Shown: positions 16,639-18,539 of the stretch, piece by piece
Position numbering within the stretch: the stretch's first letter is position 1
How the letters are laid out: the number at the start of each line of letters is the position of its first letter
From: Candidatus Thorarchaeota archaeon
GTDB lineage: Archaea > Asgardarchaeota > Thorarchaeia > Thorarchaeales > Thorarchaeaceae
DNA length: 18,539 nt
Direction of reading: 5' to 3'
NCBI GenBank assembly: GCA_003345595.1
Contig: PRDI01000109.1
Coordinates: 1 to 18,539 of the forward strand
Notes under the pieces: model-generated
Seen by the model: the letters and a program-made list of their open reading frames with translations, nothing else
Database searches by the model: none
Told to the model about the DNA's origin: nothing
Program-made: the position numbers and the translations under genes

Positions 16639-18372
16639 ATGGACCTCAGTATTTCAGAGGTCTACCAGGCGTTTGTCTGGAAAGGCGAAAACGCTGAACT
16701 TGCTAAGGATCTCTACGACACCCCGGTTGAAACTATCGGGGGTGTCACTGACAGAGCGACGAGGCTAATCGCCGCCTACAAAACCGCAGCGTGGCACAGC
16801 GCCGAACGTATTGAAACCATTGCTAGAACTCTAACACATGTATGCGGCGAGATTGGATGCTACACGCCTAGAGTCAGGGAATCCATCGAGCGCTTGGGTG
16901 CTGGAGTCGTGGAGGCATCTCACCAGAGCGTAGTGATGGGCGGGCCCGTCTACATTCTGAACAAGGCAGCCACGGCCAGACGGGTTGCCACACTCGCTCA
17001 CGAAAGGGGTCTGGACCTGTCGCCCGTCTTCTTTATCGCAGACTATGACATGGTCCAAGCGGAACTCACAAACATCAGAACGCCTGTTCCTGGTCAGGAC
17101 GGGAACCTGGTCAGCGTGCCAGTCCCCGAGGGATACGAGCATTCGCCTGTGAGCAGACTCCCGTTGCCTGGATACGACTGGTACTCTAGGACTGAGGACA
17201 GCATTCGAGCAGGCTATAGGCCGCTGTTCAAGTCGATGGGAGCTCTGCACAGGAGTATGTTCGACGAGCGGCTTGAACAATGCCTAGCCCTGACTCGCTC
17301 CACCTATGTCAATTCACGCACACTTGGCGACTGGGCAATGAAGATACTTGCGAGACTGTTCAACATCGAACAGGATCTCGGGATACCGCTTGTACCAGCG
17401 TCTGATCTCTCAGTGAGAGAGCTGCTCGTCACGGGAATGGAGCTCCTTCTCAGTCGAACAGCCCGGACGAGATTCATTAAGGCACATAATGCGGCTTCAG
17501 AAGCCGCCAGAAAGGGGGGCTTCAAGCCGGGGATGAGTCCCAGGGATTCACGGTACGTACCATTCTATTATGAGTGCACCAATGCGACCTGTCACTCGAG
17601 TCGGACTGAGCTTCAGTATGAGGATCAGGGGTCAAAGGCAACAATAACAGGAAAGTGCCCATCTTGTGGTGAAGATATCGAGATAGAAACCTCGGCTGAC
17701 AAACCTGACCTCAAAGAGTTCGCTGCGAACTTGTCGCCCCGCGTGGATTCAAGGCAGATCATTGTAGACACAATGTTGCCTGTGCTGATACACATAGGTG
17801 GCATTGGAGAAACGGCGTACTATGCGCAAGTGATACCAGCCGCAAGAGCATTGTCAGTCCCATTCCCACTGTTTGTGCGCTATCCTCGTGTGTACTTCAA
17901 CACTCCATGGAATGAACAACTGGCATTGAGTCTGAAGAGAAACAACATCCCTGTGCTTCATTCACCAGGTCTGTTCGCTCTTGTTGGCAAAATCGGCAGG
18001 TCTGCAAAGAAGGGCAAGCCGGAAGAGCTGAATGATGCAGTATGGGAACTCATGCGCCTGATAACGGACACCAGACGAGCCTTGGATCAAGAACTCGCGA
18101 GAATCAAGGAGGCAGTTCCCAAGGCGGCAGGCGAAGAGGCAAAACGACTCCTAACGCTCAAGCTCGACCTTGAGCGCTACCTCAGCTGGGTCTTCGGCGA
18201 GTATGCAGAAGAGAAGGCAGGACAGGAAACGGCATGGTCTTGGATTGAATGGGCTGTGAACTCGAGTTTTCACGATTTGTTCGGCCCGTACGAGCGTGCT
18301 TACACTGGAGCTATGAAGAACGGCGCAACGATGTTCGTGAACTTCACTGTTCCGGAAGAACCTTCGAACTAA
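16639..18372 (+). CDS. bshC: Divergent BshC-like putative cysteine-adding enzyme
   Basis: HQSVVMGGPVYILNKA (cf. GQQ..LFTGPLYTIYK), PVFFIADYD (cf. PVFWIAGEDHD), SPRVDSR...LP...IGGIGETAYYAQ (cf. SPNVVLRP...LP...GGPGEIAYWAQ), a C-terminal coiled coil, and position directly after bshA. Confidence 0.8.
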   Translation: MDLSISEVYQAFVWKGENAELAKDLYDTPVETIGGVTDRATRLIAAYKTAAWHSAERIETIARTLTHVCGEIGCYTPRVRESIERLGAGVVEASHQSVVMGGPVYILNKAATARRVATLAHERGLDLSPVFFIADYDMVQAELTNIRTPVPGQDGNLVSVPVPEGYEHSPVSRLPLPGYDWYSRTEDSIRAGYRPLFKSMGALHRSMFDERLEQCLALTRSTYVNSRTLGDWAMKILARLFNIEQDLGIPLVPASDLSVRELLVTGMELLLSRTARTRFIKAHNAASEAARKGGFKPGMSPRDSRYVPFYYECTNATCHSSRTELQYEDQGSKATITGKCPSCGEDIEIETSADKPDLKEFAANLSPRVDSRQIIVDTMLPVLIHIGGIGETAYYAQVIPAARALSVPFPLFVRYPRVYFNTPWNEQLALSLKRNNIPVLHSPGLFALVGKIGRSAKKGKPEELNDAVWELMRLITDTRRALDQELARIKEAVPKAAGEEAKRLLTLKLDLERYLSWVFGEYAEEKAGQETAWSWIEWAVNSSFHDLFGPYERAYTGAMKNGATMFVNFTVPEEPSN

Positions 18373-18388
18373 GCGAGTGCGCCAAGAC

Positions 18389-18538
18389 TCATCCCAGCTC
18401 TTTCGACAGGAGCTTGCCTAGCCGCTCAATGCCTTCGCGTATGGTCTGAGGATCAGCGTAAGAGAACCCTATCCGCATGGTGTTCGGTTCAGCAACGCTT
18501 GCCCTTAGGTCGTTGCCGTCCTCTGTCAATGCGTATCC
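18389..18538 (-). CDS. PLP-dependent aminotransferase class I/II (LysN/MocR-like), 3' end only
   Basis: Own translation (not in the ORF track): GYALTEDGNDLRASVAEPNTMRIGFSYADPQTIREGIERLGKLLSKELG*, resembling the NTMRLNFS...IEEGIKRL C-terminus of this family. Confidence 0.75.
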   Translation of the reverse strand, partial: GYALTEDGNDLRASVAEPNTMRIGFSYADPQTIREGIERLGKLLSKELG

Positions 18539-18539
18539 G

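Overview
Gene-dense archaeal window, most likely from an Asgard archaeon (Thorarchaeia-like; inferred from a Rab-like GTPase, a candidate actin-regulator-like protein and archaeal-style promoters). Left to right: a partial GHMP (galactokinase-like) kinase; a minus-strand tetrahydrofolate C1 operon (fhs-folD-fused FTCD); divergently, a form IV RuBisCO-like protein, an (alpha/alpha)-toroid prenyltransferase-repeat protein and a class III aminotransferase; a minus-strand run of alpha/beta hydrolase, Rab-like small GTPase, hypothetical protein and ATP-NAD kinase-family protein; a phosphohexomutase (GlmM-like); a small coiled-coil protein ending in an Ena/VASP F-actin-binding-like helix; an apparently complete bacillithiol-type cluster (bshB divergent from bshA-bshC, with a divergent BshC carrying a four-cysteine insert); and the 3' end of a class I/II aminotransferase. 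No rRNA, tRNA, CRISPR or mobile element was seen. The top candidates are the archaeal bacillithiol-like thiol system and the VASP-like protein. All assignments come from motif recognition by eye; no searches were run.
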